From an uncultured Actinomycetota bacterium (GTDB lineage Bacteria; Actinomycetota; Actinomycetes; Actinomycetales; Micrococcaceae): a DNA stretch of 64,000 nt. Both the position numbers and the translations under genes were made by a program. Location: assembly GCA_963722145.1 (NCBI GenBank), contig CAVRLW010000005.1:70773-134772 (forward strand), given 5' to 3'. The notes beneath the pieces were generated by a model. The model searched no databases and was not told the origin of the DNA. It saw only the letters and a program-made list of their open reading frames with translations. Shown piece after piece: positions 9,354-18,704 of this stretch; position 1 is the stretch's first letter; the number at the start of each line of letters is the position of its first letter.

Positions 9354-10757
9354 ATGACGAGCACGTTCCGCACCTTGACAGTCCCCCTCGATGCCGAAAC
9401 TTTCCCCGGGGGGCTGCCGTCGTTTCTGGTCCGGGACGATGTCCTCTGCTGGACCCGCCGCGAGGCCGGGCTCGTGGGCTTCGGCGAGATCGCCCGGTTC
9501 ACCGCCACCGGCCCCGAGCGGTTCCTGGAGGCGGACATCTGGTGGCGCCACCTGGTCCTGGAGGCGGAGATTGAGGATGCGGTGGACTGCCCCGGCACCG
9601 GGCCGGTCGCGTTTGGCTCCTTCGCCTTCTCCAAAGTTTCCGCCCACGACTCACGCCTGCTGGTCCCCGAAGTCGTCGTGGGGCTCCGTGACGGCCAGGC
9701 CTGGCTGACCCAGCTCACGCTCGACGGCGCTGAACTCACCGAAGCGGGCGCCCGCGCCGCCCTGGACCGCTGGCTTCGCAGCGCCAGCGCCAATACCGGT
9801 GCCAATTCCGAGGGTGCCGGTGCACATACCGACAGCGCCGTGGCGGACGACCCGATGCCGGGGGCCACGCAGGCGGGTCGCGCCGTCGTCCGTCCTTTGC
9901 CTTTGGCTGCAGGGGCAACTCTGCACACCGGCTCGCTCAGCGAGGAAGACTGGATGGCCGCCGTTGCCGCCGGCGTCCAGGAGATCCGGACCGGCGCCCT
10001 GGAAAAGCTGGTGCTTGCCCGCGACGTCGTGGCCACTGTCCCCACCGGCGTCAATGCCGCCGAGGTGCTGCGCGAGCTCTCCGCCCGGTACCGCGAATGC
10101 TGGACGTACGGGGTGGATGGACTGGTGGGCGCCACGCCGGAAATGCTGATCCAGGTGGAGGGCCGCACCGCACAGGCCCGCGTCCTGGCCGGCACCCTGG
10201 ACCGCCGCGACGCCGACGGAATGGACGGCTCCCCACTGGAATTCGCCGAACGCGTCCTCGCCGGCTCCGAGAAGCAGCGGCACGAACACGACATCGCGAT
10301 CCAGTCCCTGACCACGCAGCTGGCCCCGTTTTCCGAGGCCATGAACGCGCACAGCGAGCCGTTCATCCTGGAACTGCCCAATGTGTGGCATCTGGCCTCG
10401 GATGTGAAGGCCGAACTGGCCGAGGTGGAAGGCCACGTCCCCACCTGCCTTGCCCTGATCAACGCGCTGCATCCGACCGCCGCCGTCTGCGGCACTCCCA
10501 CCACCGTGGCCGGGGCACTGATCCGCAAGCTCGAGCACCTGGACCGCGGCCCGTACGCCGGGCCGGTCGGCTGGCTGGACGCCGCCGGCAACGGCGAGTG
10601 GGGCATCGCGCTGCGGGGCGCTGTCATCGAGTCCCCGCAGACGGTCCGGCTGTACGCGGGCTGCGGCGTGGTGGATGGCTCGGTCCCCGAGACCGAGCTA
10701 GCCGAGACGTGGGCGAAGTTCCGTCCCATGCTGGAGTCGCTCGGCATCAGCAGCTAG
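9354..10757 (+). CDS. menF: Isochorismate synthase
   Basis: KLVLARD, GATPE, LAGT, EKQRHEH, LHPTAAVCG, RGPYAGPVGW, YAGCGVV motifs of the MST family. Confidence 0.88.
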   Translation: MTSTFRTLTVPLDAETFPGGLPSFLVRDDVLCWTRREAGLVGFGEIARFTATGPERFLEADIWWRHLVLEAEIEDAVDCPGTGPVAFGSFAFSKVSAHDSRLLVPEVVVGLRDGQAWLTQLTLDGAELTEAGARAALDRWLRSASANTGANSEGAGAHTDSAVADDPMPGATQAGRAVVRPLPLAAGATLHTGSLSEEDWMAAVAAGVQEIRTGALEKLVLARDVVATVPTGVNAAEVLRELSARYRECWTYGVDGLVGATPEMLIQVEGRTAQARVLAGTLDRRDADGMDGSPLEFAERVLAGSEKQRHEHDIAIQSLTTQLAPFSEAMNAHSEPFILELPNVWHLASDVKAELAEVEGHVPTCLALINALHPTAAVCGTPTTVAGALIRKLEHLDRGPYAGPVGWLDAAGNGEWGIALRGAVIESPQTVRLYAGCGVVDGSVPETELAETWAKFRPMLESLGISS

Positions 10758-11005
10758 CCTGCGGCGCGCCAGCTGGGTTCGCGAAACGGCAGTGCCGGCG
10801 GTCCGGCGAAACGGCAGTCCAGCGGGGCCCGCGAATCGGCCGGAATCCGGGATTACAGACAGATCGGGCATTGGGGATATTGCATTTGGGTCTGGTTTAG
10901 TTATCCAATAGTGAAACTTAGTTTTCTGTGACGTACATCTCTTGTTCGGCGATACACTATAAATCGGCCTCGTTACGCATCCCTCCGGCAACAAAAGGTA
11001 AGAAA

Positions 11006-11956
11006 ATGCAGATCTCCCGTTCGCTCCTGAGCAACCCCGCGCTGAAGGCCGCCACGGTCCTCGCCGTGAGCGCATTGGCCCTATCGGCGTGCACGAACGC
11101 CTCCGAGACCGGCACCGGCGCGGCCCCCGCTTCCGGCAGTGCCAGCGCCAGCTTTGACCCCAGCACGGTTCAGAAGGACGATGCCCTGGCGGCCATGGTG
11201 CCCGAGGCGATCAAGTCCAAAGGCACGCTGACCGTGGGCTCGGACACGTCCTACGCACCCGCAGAATTCCTCGGCACCGACGGCCAGACCCCCGTGGGCT
11301 ACGACGTCGACATCGCCAAGGCGATCGGTGCCGCGCTGGGCCTGAAGGTCCAGGTCCAGACGTCCGAATTCACCGGCATCCTTCCGGCCCTGGGGCCGAA
11401 GTACGACCTCGGGATCTCTTCCTTTACGATCAACCCGGAGCGGCTCGCCGCAGTGAACATGGTGAGCTACTACCAGGCAGGTACCGGCTGGGCCGTGCAG
11501 AAGGGCAACCCGAAAAAGGTCTCCCTGGATGACCTCTGCGGCAAGTCCGTCGGCGTGCAGACCGGCACCATCCAGGAGGATCCGGACGTCGCGGACCGCA
11601 ACAAGAAGTGCACCGCCGAAGGCAAACAGCCCATCAACGTCGTGACGCTCAAGACCCAGACGGACATCACCACCCGCCTGGTCAACGGCAGCATCGATGC
11701 GATGGCGGCCGACTCCCCCATCGTCGGCTACGCGCTGACGCAGACCGGCGGCCAGCTCGAAAAGCTCGGCGATGTCTACGACGCCGCACCCCAGGGCATC
11801 GCCGTCGCCAAGACCGATACGGCCCTGGCGGACGTCATCCAGAAAACCGTCACCAAGCTGATGGAAGACGGCTCTTACAAGAAGATCCTGGACGGCTGGG
11901 GCGCCTCTGACGGTGCCATCACCAAGTCCGAGGTCAACCCGGCGGTCGCGTCTTGA
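11006..11956 (+). CDS. Polar amino acid ABC transporter substrate-binding lipoprotein
   Basis: Lipobox LALSAC; PBP3-type motifs GYDVDI and GVQTGT; start ATG 11006. Confidence 0.9.
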   Translation: MQISRSLLSNPALKAATVLAVSALALSACTNASETGTGAAPASGSASASFDPSTVQKDDALAAMVPEAIKSKGTLTVGSDTSYAPAEFLGTDGQTPVGYDVDIAKAIGAALGLKVQVQTSEFTGILPALGPKYDLGISSFTINPERLAAVNMVSYYQAGTGWAVQKGNPKKVSLDDLCGKSVGVQTGTIQEDPDVADRNKKCTAEGKQPINVVTLKTQTDITTRLVNGSIDAMAADSPIVGYALTQTGGQLEKLGDVYDAAPQGIAVAKTDTALADVIQKTVTKLMEDGSYKKILDGWGASDGAITKSEVNPAVAS

Positions 11957-12963
11957 GCCTTCCCACAACAGGTCGCGCAACTGGTGGACAGATGGACAGC
12001 CATCAGGACAAAAACGCCGCGCCTGTACTGAACAAAGCAGTTCCGGTGCGGCACCCCGGCCGCTGGATCAGCGCCGTGGTAATTCTCGGCGCATTGGCTC
12101 TCTTCCTGCAGAGCCTGGTCACGAACCCCAACTTCCGCTGGGACGTCGTCGGCGCCTACATCCTGGACACCAAGGTGGTCCAAGGCGTCGCCTGGACCCT
12201 GATCCTGACGGTTGCCTCCATGGTCCTGGCGATCATCCTCGCCATCCTCCTGGCCTTCATGCGCCAGTCCGAGAACCCTGTGTTCCGCTGGTCCAGCTGG
12301 GTTTGGGTCTGGTTCTTCCGCGGGACCCCCGTCTACACCCAGCTGATTTTCTGGGGCCTGATCGCTGTCCTTTACCCCAAAATCAGTGCCGGCGTCCCGT
12401 TCGGTCCGGAGATGTTTAGCGTTGACACCAACACGGTGGTCACCGCCACGGTGGCTGCGATCCTGGGACTTGGCCTCAATGAGTCCGCCTACCTGGCGGA
12501 AATCTTCCGGGCCGGGCTCAAATCCGTGGACAGCGGCCAGATGGAAGCCGCTGAAGCCCTGGGCATGGGCAAGACCAAGATCATGTGGCGGATCATCCTC
12601 CCGCAGGCGATGCGCGTGATCGTGCCGCCCACCGGGAACGAAACCATCGGCATGCTGAAGACCACATCGCTGGTTCTGGCCGTGCCGTTCACCCTGGACC
12701 TGACCTTCGCCACCAACGCCCTGGCCAACCGTACGTACCTTCCGGTGCCCCTGCTGATCGTGGCGGCCATCTGGTACCTCGTCATCACGAGCCTGCTCAT
12801 GGTGGGCCAGCACTTCATCGAGGCGTACTACGGCAAGGGCGTGGACAACCGGGCTCCCGCCACGGTGAACCCCGCGGCCGCCAAGGCTGCCGCAGCGGTG
12901 GCGCCGAGCGCCGAGGCCGAGCCCACCCTGAAGATGGACTTCCCCGAGGAGGAGGCGAAATGA
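11953..12963 (+). CDS. Polar amino acid ABC transporter permease
   Basis: [17 protein letters not shown] and EAA loop ([10 protein letters not shown]). Confidence 0.92.
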   Translation: MSLPTTGRATGGQMDSHQDKNAAPVLNKAVPVRHPGRWISAVVILGALALFLQSLVTNPNFRWDVVGAYILDTKVVQGVAWTLILTVASMVLAIILAILLAFMRQSENPVFRWSSWVWVWFFRGTPVYTQLIFWGLIAVLYPKISAGVPFGPEMFSVDTNTVVTATVAAILGLGLNESAYLAEIFRAGLKSVDSGQMEAAEALGMGKTKIMWRIILPQAMRVIVPPTGNETIGMLKTTSLVLAVPFTLDLTFATNALANRTYLPVPLLIVAAIWYLVITSLLMVGQHFIEAYYGKGVDNRAPATVNPAAAKAAAAVAPSAEAEPTLKMDFPEEEAK

Positions 12964-13736
12964 CGATCACCACTGAAAAGCCGCTGGTGCAGATCGAGGG
13001 CCTTCACAAGTACTACGGCCAGCACCACGTGCTGCGCGGGATCGACCTGACCGTCAACCAGGGCGAAGTGTCGGTGGTGATCGGCCCGTCCGGTTCGGGC
13101 AAGTCCACCATGCTCCGCTGCGTGAACCTGCTGGAGACCATCAGCGCGGGACGCATTTCCGTGGGCGGTGACTTGATCGGCTACCGCGAGGTCAAGGGCA
13201 GGCTCCATGACCTGAAGGCCAAAGAAATCGCCGCCCAGCGGCGCGAGATCGGCATGGTGTTCCAGCGATTCAATCTGTTCCCGCACAAGACGGCGCTGCA
13301 GAACATCATGGAAGCTCCGGTCCAGGTCAAGGGCCAGTCGAAGGCAGTGGCGCGGAAGCGGGCCCTCGAGCTGCTGGACCGCGTGGGGCTCGGCGACCGT
13401 GCAGGCCACTACCCGTCCCAGCTCTCCGGCGGCCAGCAGCAGCGCGTTGCGATTGCCCGGGCCCTGGCCATGGATCCCGAACTCATGCTGTTCGATGAGC
13501 CCACGTCCGCGCTCGACCCGGAGCTCGTTGGCGATGTCCTGAACGTGATGAAGGACCTCGCCAAGTCCGGCATGACCATGATCGTGGTGACCCACGAGAT
13601 CGGCTTCGCCCGGGAGGTCGGTGACCGCCTGACGTTCATGGACGGCGGCGTCGTTGTGGAGTCGGGCGACCCGCGTGAGGTCCTCGCCAACCCGCAGCAC
13701 CCCCGCACCAAGGAGTTCCTGAGCCGGGTGCTGTAA
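12960..13736 (+). CDS. Polar amino acid ABC transporter ATP-binding protein
   Basis: [28 protein letters not shown]; ATGA overlap with the permease. Confidence 0.93.
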   Translation: MTITTEKPLVQIEGLHKYYGQHHVLRGIDLTVNQGEVSVVIGPSGSGKSTMLRCVNLLETISAGRISVGGDLIGYREVKGRLHDLKAKEIAAQRREIGMVFQRFNLFPHKTALQNIMEAPVQVKGQSKAVARKRALELLDRVGLGDRAGHYPSQLSGGQQQRVAIARALAMDPELMLFDEPTSALDPELVGDVLNVMKDLAKSGMTMIVVTHEIGFAREVGDRLTFMDGGVVVESGDPREVLANPQHPRTKEFLSRVL

Positions 13737-13757
13737 CCCGACGCTCACGTGGCCTGA

Positions 13758-13817
13758 CGACGCGCAAATGCCCTGTCGCTACCGGAATTCCGGTAGCGAC
13801 AGGGCATTTGCGCGTCG
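13758..13817. repeat. Perfect 60-bp palindrome (REP-like or bidirectional terminator)
   Basis: CGACGCGCAAATGCCCTGTCGCTACCGGAA|TTCCGGTAGCGACAGGGCATTTGCGCGTCG between convergent genes. Confidence 0.9.
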
Positions 13818-13833
13818 CGGGAAGGGTTGCGTG

Positions 13834-14793
13834 TCATGGCCACGCTGCGGAACGGGCTCGACGGCGGGGTACGCCGAACGCGGCCAGCTTCTGTTCCAGC
13901 CGGCCCGGCTCCATGAGGTCCGCCCAGACCCACCGCAGTACCCGGAGCCCCGTGGCCCGGATCCGGTTTTCGCGCTCTTTCTCGTCCACGACGGCCTGCG
14001 ATGCGGTCCTGCCCCGAAGGTATTCGGGTTTCAGATATTTCTCGACGCCGTCGAACTCGCCCACCAGCCGTGCAGTGCCCCAGTAGTAGTCGGTGTAGCC
14101 CGCGAGACCGGCGCCGTCCCAGACTTCGTGCTGAAGTTCCGGCGGCTGGAATCCGGCTACGCACATGAGCGCGCGGCCGTAGGACTCCCCGGGCGACCCG
14201 GACAGCGGATCCGCGAACTCCACGGCAGCGAGGATCCTCCGCGCGGCCGCGGCGGTGTACTTGCCGTCGACCCCGGCCAGCAGCATTTCCTTGGAGAGCG
14301 CGGGCAACCCGTGCGCCGCGTCCGGCCTGAGCACGTGGTCCAGGGGAACGATAGCTTGGGCAAACGGCGTGAAAGCGGCCAGATCCAGTACCGTACGGAC
14401 CCTCCCCGTGACCAGGAGGCCTTCGCGCCGAAACACCCTGAGCCTTTCCGGGTCTGCGTAGTGCCGCCGCACTCCTGCTCGCGAGCGTCCCCCATCATTC
14501 TGCAGGGTCAGCGCATGGACCGGTTCTCCCCGCCCAATTGTTGGTACGCCCCACACGGACGCGGCGGAGTGCCTGGCGAAGACTGTCGGGGCCGTGAACG
14601 TCTCCGCCGCAGCGTCAACCCGGAGCCGGTACTGTTCCCAAGGCTGCAGCGCCCGCCATGCCTCCCCGTCGACGTAGACGCCATGGCGGACGCGAACGAG
14701 CGCGCCTGACCGGCAGCGTTTGGCGAGCTCTTTCGGCGTGAGCCCCTGCTGGACGTGCTCGCGGGCCAGGATCAGTCTCGGTAATTCGTTCAT
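13834..14793 (-). CDS. AbiEi-antitoxin-like N-terminal domain + PD-(D/E)xK-like nuclease domain protein
   Basis: C-terminal 319 aa of the 1025-aa track ORF, starting MNELPRLILAR; LVRVRHGVY, SGSPGES, TDYYW...VGEFDG..KY, EKERENRIR. Confidence 0.8.
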   Translation of the reverse strand: MNELPRLILAREHVQQGLTPKELAKRCRSGALVRVRHGVYVDGEAWRALQPWEQYRLRVDAAAETFTAPTVFARHSAASVWGVPTIGRGEPVHALTLQNDGGRSRAGVRRHYADPERLRVFRREGLLVTGRVRTVLDLAAFTPFAQAIVPLDHVLRPDAAHGLPALSKEMLLAGVDGKYTAAAARRILAAVEFADPLSGSPGESYGRALMCVAGFQPPELQHEVWDGAGLAGYTDYYWGTARLVGEFDGVEKYLKPEYLRGRTASQAVVDEKERENRIRATGLRVLRWVWADLMEPGRLEQKLAAFGVPRRRARSAAWP

Positions 14794-14844
14794 GGAACGA
14801 AGATCGCAGCAAGGGTGCAGCGGCGCCATGACCGGCTGCCCGGG

Positions 14845-14853
14845 TGTGGACAA
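14845..14853 (-). promoter_or_regulatory. DnaA-box-like 9-mer TTGTCCACA
   Basis: Perfect box, 52 bp from ATG 14793. Confidence 0.5.
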
Positions 14854-14981
14854 CCCGACGCACATTCCGTCCGGCGATGCGCAAATTACCTGACGTGGCG
14901 GGTATCCGGGTATCGGTGGGTATTTTGCGCAGCGCCGGGCACGGAGCGCGTCGTCGTGCCCGACGTCGCGGAAACCTGCGG

Positions 14982-16718
14982 TTACGTCTGCGGAAGGCCT
15001 TCCACGGCCGTGGCCACCGCGGCCCGGATGGCGCGGTGCAGTTCCCCGAGCCGGCGCCGGTCCGTGCGCACTTCGATGATGCTGCGGCCCTCCAGCGGGC
15101 CGGACAGTGCCTCGGCGAGTTCCGCCGTCGTCCCGACGCTGCGGTGCGCGACGCCGTAGGCCGCGGCCAGCGCGGCGAGGTCCACCCGCTGCGGTGTGGC
15201 AAAGAGGCGTTCGACGGCGTTGCCGTAGCGCCCCGCCGCGGCAACTGCGCCGTGCTCCAGGAGCCCGAAGATGGCACCGCCGGCGTCGTTGAGCACCACG
15301 ATGCGCAGCTGTGGTTCGGCCTCCCCGTCGCCGAGCAGGAGTCCCCCGGCGTCGTGCAGGAACGTCACGTCCCCCATGAATACGGTGGTTTCCTGGCCGC
15401 CGCCAAGCGCGATCCCGGTGGCGGTGGAGGTGGTGCCGTCGATCCCGGCCAGGCCCCGGTTGGCGAACATGGTGGCCTGGGGTTCCGCCGGCGGCGCCCC
15501 GGCGAGGTCGACGTCGCGGATGCCGTTCGACGAGCCCAGCACCAGCTGCCCGCGGGCGTGCTTCCAGACTTCTGCGCCCACCGACGGGCCGGTCGCTGCG
15601 GGGGACGCGGCCAGGATCAGGTCCACGGCGTGCTGCGCGGCGGCTCCTGCCAGCAGCCAGGCATCGAGCCACGCGGCAGCCCCGCGGCCGGCGAATTCCG
15701 CCAGGTCCGCCAGGGTTTCCAGCGGCAGTTCGGTGCGACGGCCGGGTTCGTACCAGGCCACCGGAACGGGCTGGTACAGGGCCGAGGGGACATCGGCCCG
15801 TTCCAGCAGCGCGCTCACCGGCCGGGAGAGCGTCGGCCGGCCAAAGAGGACCACACGTTCGATCGGCTGTGCCGAGTCCGCGCCGAAGTGGTCGATCAGC
15901 AGCCGGTAGGGCCCCACGGCGTTGGGGCCGAAGCGGGCGTTGGAGGAGGGCTCGGCCAGCAGCGGCAGGCCGTGCGCGCGGGCGAATGCCTCGGCGACCG
16001 GACCGGCGTCGTGTCCGGCCAGCACCACGGTGCGCCGCTCCGGGAGTGCCGTTGACGCGGCCGGAAAGTCCAGTGCCAGCGGGTTCCGGGCGGCCCGGTA
16101 CATCATCCCACGGCCGGCCGCCGCGGGCAGCCCGTCGCCCACGGCCGGGACCAGCGGGTCGCGGAAGGCAAGGTTCAGCTGCACCGGCCCGGGAGGGGCG
16201 TCCTCGAAAGCCCCGGTGGCGGCGCTGAGGGCCGTGTCCACGGCGCGGCGCGGATCGCTGCCCGCGGGCACGTCCACGGCGAAGCGGACGTGATCGCCAA
16301 AAAGGTCCAGCTGCACGGTGGTCTGGTTGGCGCCGGTCCCCCGCAGTTCCTCGGGCCGGTCGGCGGAGATGACCACGAGCGGCACCGCGGCGTGGTTGGC
16401 CTCCATGACGGCCGGCAGGAGGTTGCCGACGGCGGTCCCGGACGTGGTGAGGACGGCGGCGGGTGCCCCGGCGGACAAGGCGAGGCCGAGGGCCGTGAAG
16501 CCGGCCGACCGCTCGTCGATCCGGACCAGCAGCTCCACGCGGCCGGCGGCTTCGGCCTCGGCCAGGGCGTAGGCCATGGGTGCAGAGCGCGAACCCGGGG
16601 ACACGACCACCTGGCGCACACCGGCGGCGAGCAAAGTGTCGACGGCGATGCGCGCCGCCTCCACCGCGGTCAGTCCGCCGGGGGTGGCGGAAGCGGCAGC
16701 GGAATCCGCCGGACTCAC
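14982..16718 (-). CDS. menD: SEPHCHC synthase MenD
   Basis: SPGSRSAP, RIDERSAGF, TSGTAVGN, NRGLAGIDG, GDVTFLHD...NDAGGAIF; GTG 16718 overlaps the argS stop. Confidence 0.93.
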   Translation of the reverse strand: MSPADSAAASATPGGLTAVEAARIAVDTLLAAGVRQVVVSPGSRSAPMAYALAEAEAAGRVELLVRIDERSAGFTALGLALSAGAPAAVLTTSGTAVGNLLPAVMEANHAAVPLVVISADRPEELRGTGANQTTVQLDLFGDHVRFAVDVPAGSDPRRAVDTALSAATGAFEDAPPGPVQLNLAFRDPLVPAVGDGLPAAAGRGMMYRAARNPLALDFPAASTALPERRTVVLAGHDAGPVAEAFARAHGLPLLAEPSSNARFGPNAVGPYRLLIDHFGADSAQPIERVVLFGRPTLSRPVSALLERADVPSALYQPVPVAWYEPGRRTELPLETLADLAEFAGRGAAAWLDAWLLAGAAAQHAVDLILAASPAATGPSVGAEVWKHARGQLVLGSSNGIRDVDLAGAPPAEPQATMFANRGLAGIDGTTSTATGIALGGGQETTVFMGDVTFLHDAGGLLLGDGEAEPQLRIVVLNDAGGAIFGLLEHGAVAAAGRYGNAVERLFATPQRVDLAALAAAYGVAHRSVGTTAELAEALSGPLEGRSIIEVRTDRRRLGELHRAIRAAVATAVEGLPQT

Positions 16719-18571
16719 ATGTTCTCCGGCGTTTCGATGCCCAGCAGCTCCAGGCCGCCGGACAGGCGGCGCAGCACCAGCGCGCACAGGGACAGCCGCG
16801 AGTCCCGGACGGATTCCTCGGCCTTGAGCACCGGGCACTGGTCGTAGAAGGTGGTGAATAGCTGCGCGAGCTCAAAGAGGTAGCCGCAGAGCCGGTGCGG
16901 CTCGAGTGCATCCCGCACCTTGTTCAGCGTCGTGTCGAACTCCAGCAGGTGCAGGGCCAGCGCGCGCTCTGCCGGTTCGACGACGGCGATCGCCGTGGCG
17001 GGCCCGCCCGCCCCGGCCGCCGCGATGCCAGTTGCCTGGGTGCCGGTTGCCTGGGTGCCGGTTGCTTGGGTGCCGGCCGGCGTGCCGCCGTCGGGGCCGC
17101 CGGTGACCTGCTCCAGCACCCCGGCCTTGCGCAGGATGGAGCGGATCCGCGCGGCAGCGTACTGCACGTAGGGTCCGGTGTTGCCGCTGAGGGCGAGCAT
17201 GCGGTCGAAGTCGAAGACGTACTCGGTGTCGTGGCCGGTGGAGAGGTCGGCGTACTTGACGGCGCCGATGCCCACCTGGCGGGCGGTCACGGCGCGCTCC
17301 TCCTCGCTGAGCTCGGGCCGGCTGGCGTCAATGACGGCGCGGGCGCGGTCCACGGCCTCTTCGAGCAGGGCCATGAGCTTCACCGGGGCACCGGAGCGGG
17401 ACTTGAGGATCTTCCCGTCCTCGCCGAGCACGTTGCCGATCTGCACATGCACGGCCTCGACCGGGTCCGGAAGCCAGCCGGCGTCCCGGGCGGTGGCCAT
17501 GACCATGCGCAGGTGGACGTTCTGCGGGGCGCCGACGACGTAAAGGATCCGGTTGGCCGCCAGGTCGCGGACCCGGTAGCGGATGGTGGCGAGGTCCGTG
17601 GTGCCGTAGCCGTAGCCGCCGTCGGACTTGCGGATGATCAGCGGCAGCGGCTGCCCGTCGCGGCCGGTAAAGCCTGCGGGGAAGGTGCACAGGGCGCCGT
17701 CGCTGATCCGGGCGAGGCCGCGTTCCTCGAGTTCCTGGCACAGCTGTGCCAGATGCGCGTCGTAGGAACTTTCGCCGGCGATGTGGTCATCGGTGAGGCT
17801 GATGCCGAGCGTGGAGTAGATGGCGTTGAAGTAGCGCTTGGACTGGGCGACGAGCCGCTGCCAGACGGCGAAGGTCTCGGCGTCGCCGCCCTGCAGGGCA
17901 ACGACGCGGAGCCGGGCCCGGGTGGCGAAGCCGTCCTCGTCGGTGGCGGAGGCATCGAACTTGGACCGGGCGGCCTGGTAGAACGCGCTGGGGTCCTCCA
18001 CCAGCAGCGCCGCGTCCGGGGAGTCCTCGCCGATCTCCAGCCAGTGTTCGATCAGCATGCCGAACGGGGTGCCCCAGTCGCCGATGTGGTTCTGCCGGAT
18101 CACGGTGTCGCCGAGGGCTTCGAGCACCTTGACGAGGCTGTCCCCCACCACGGTGGTGCGCAGGTGCCCGACGTGCATTTCCTTGGCGACGTTCGGGGAG
18201 GAATAGTCGACGACGACGCGCTGCGGTGTCGCGGCCGGCGTGACCGCGGTGGCCTTGGACGCGGCTTGGACCGACTCTGCATTGAGCAGTTCCTCGATCC
18301 AGGTGCCGTCAAAGCTCAGGTTGATGAAGCCGGGCCCGGAGATTTCAATGCCGCTGCAGATGCCGTCCAGGTTCAGGGCGTCCACGATTTTTGCGGCGGC
18401 GTCGCGCGGCGGCAGGCCGGCTTTCTTGGCCAGGGCCATGGCGGCGTTGATCTGGATGTCGGCGAACTGGGAGGGCCTGACCACCGGGTCCGCCTGCCGG
18501 AACTCTTCGCCGAACGCGGTGGCAATTGCAGCCTGGACTCTGGGGACAACCAATTCGGCCGGATTATTCAC
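16715..18571 (-). CDS. argS: Arginine--tRNA ligase
   Basis: DYSSPNVAKEMHVGHLR (HIGH), NHIGDWGTPFG, KSDGGYGYGTTDLA, FDFDRML...GNTGPYVQYA..RIRSI, DALR-type C-terminus. Confidence 0.95.
   Translation of the reverse strand: MNNPAELVVPRVQAAIATAFGEEFRQADPVVRPSQFADIQINAAMALAKKAGLPPRDAAAKIVDALNLDGICSGIEISGPGFINLSFDGTWIEELLNAESVQAASKATAVTPAATPQRVVVDYSSPNVAKEMHVGHLRTTVVGDSLVKVLEALGDTVIRQNHIGDWGTPFGMLIEHWLEIGEDSPDAALLVEDPSAFYQAARSKFDASATDEDGFATRARLRVVALQGGDAETFAVWQRLVAQSKRYFNAIYSTLGISLTDDHIAGESSYDAHLAQLCQELEERGLARISDGALCTFPAGFTGRDGQPLPLIIRKSDGGYGYGTTDLATIRYRVRDLAANRILYVVGAPQNVHLRMVMATARDAGWLPDPVEAVHVQIGNVLGEDGKILKSRSGAPVKLMALLEEAVDRARAVIDASRPELSEEERAVTARQVGIGAVKYADLSTGHDTEYVFDFDRMLALSGNTGPYVQYAAARIRSILRKAGVLEQVTGGPDGGTPAGTQATGTQATGTQATGIAAAGAGGPATAIAVVEPAERALALHLLEFDTTLNKVRDALEPHRLCGYLFELAQLFTTFYDQCPVLKAEESVRDSRLSLCALVLRRLSGGLELLGIETPENM
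17027..17076. repeat. 15-bp tandem repeat encoding (TQATG)3 within ArgS
   Basis: GCCGGTTGCCTGGGT units read directly. Confidence 0.9.
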
Positions 18572-18626
18572 AGTCCCAAATTATCAGTTCGGGCCTGCCC
18601 CCAAATCTCCTCTTCCGCCGCCAGAA

Positions 18627-18690
18627 GCAAGGCGGGGTCACTTCGCGTCCGTGCAGAGCCCTGCATGGGCGCGAAGTGACCCCGCGTTGC
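18627..18690. repeat. REP-like hairpin or terminator downstream of phoX
   Basis: GCGGGGTCACTTCGCG ... CGCGAAGTGACCCCGC inverted repeat. Confidence 0.75.
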
Positions 18691-18704
18691 GGCGGCGAAG
18701 GAGG

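Noticed and set aside
13834-16911. 1025-aa minus-strand ORF
   Set aside because: Only the last 319 aa look like a real gene. The rest is an alternative frame over menD, open because of high GC.
7073-17076. Shared xQATx unit in the MenJ and ArgS repeats as a common inserted element
   Set aside because: The DNA units differ at about half of their positions; best explained as independent slippage in low-complexity linkers.
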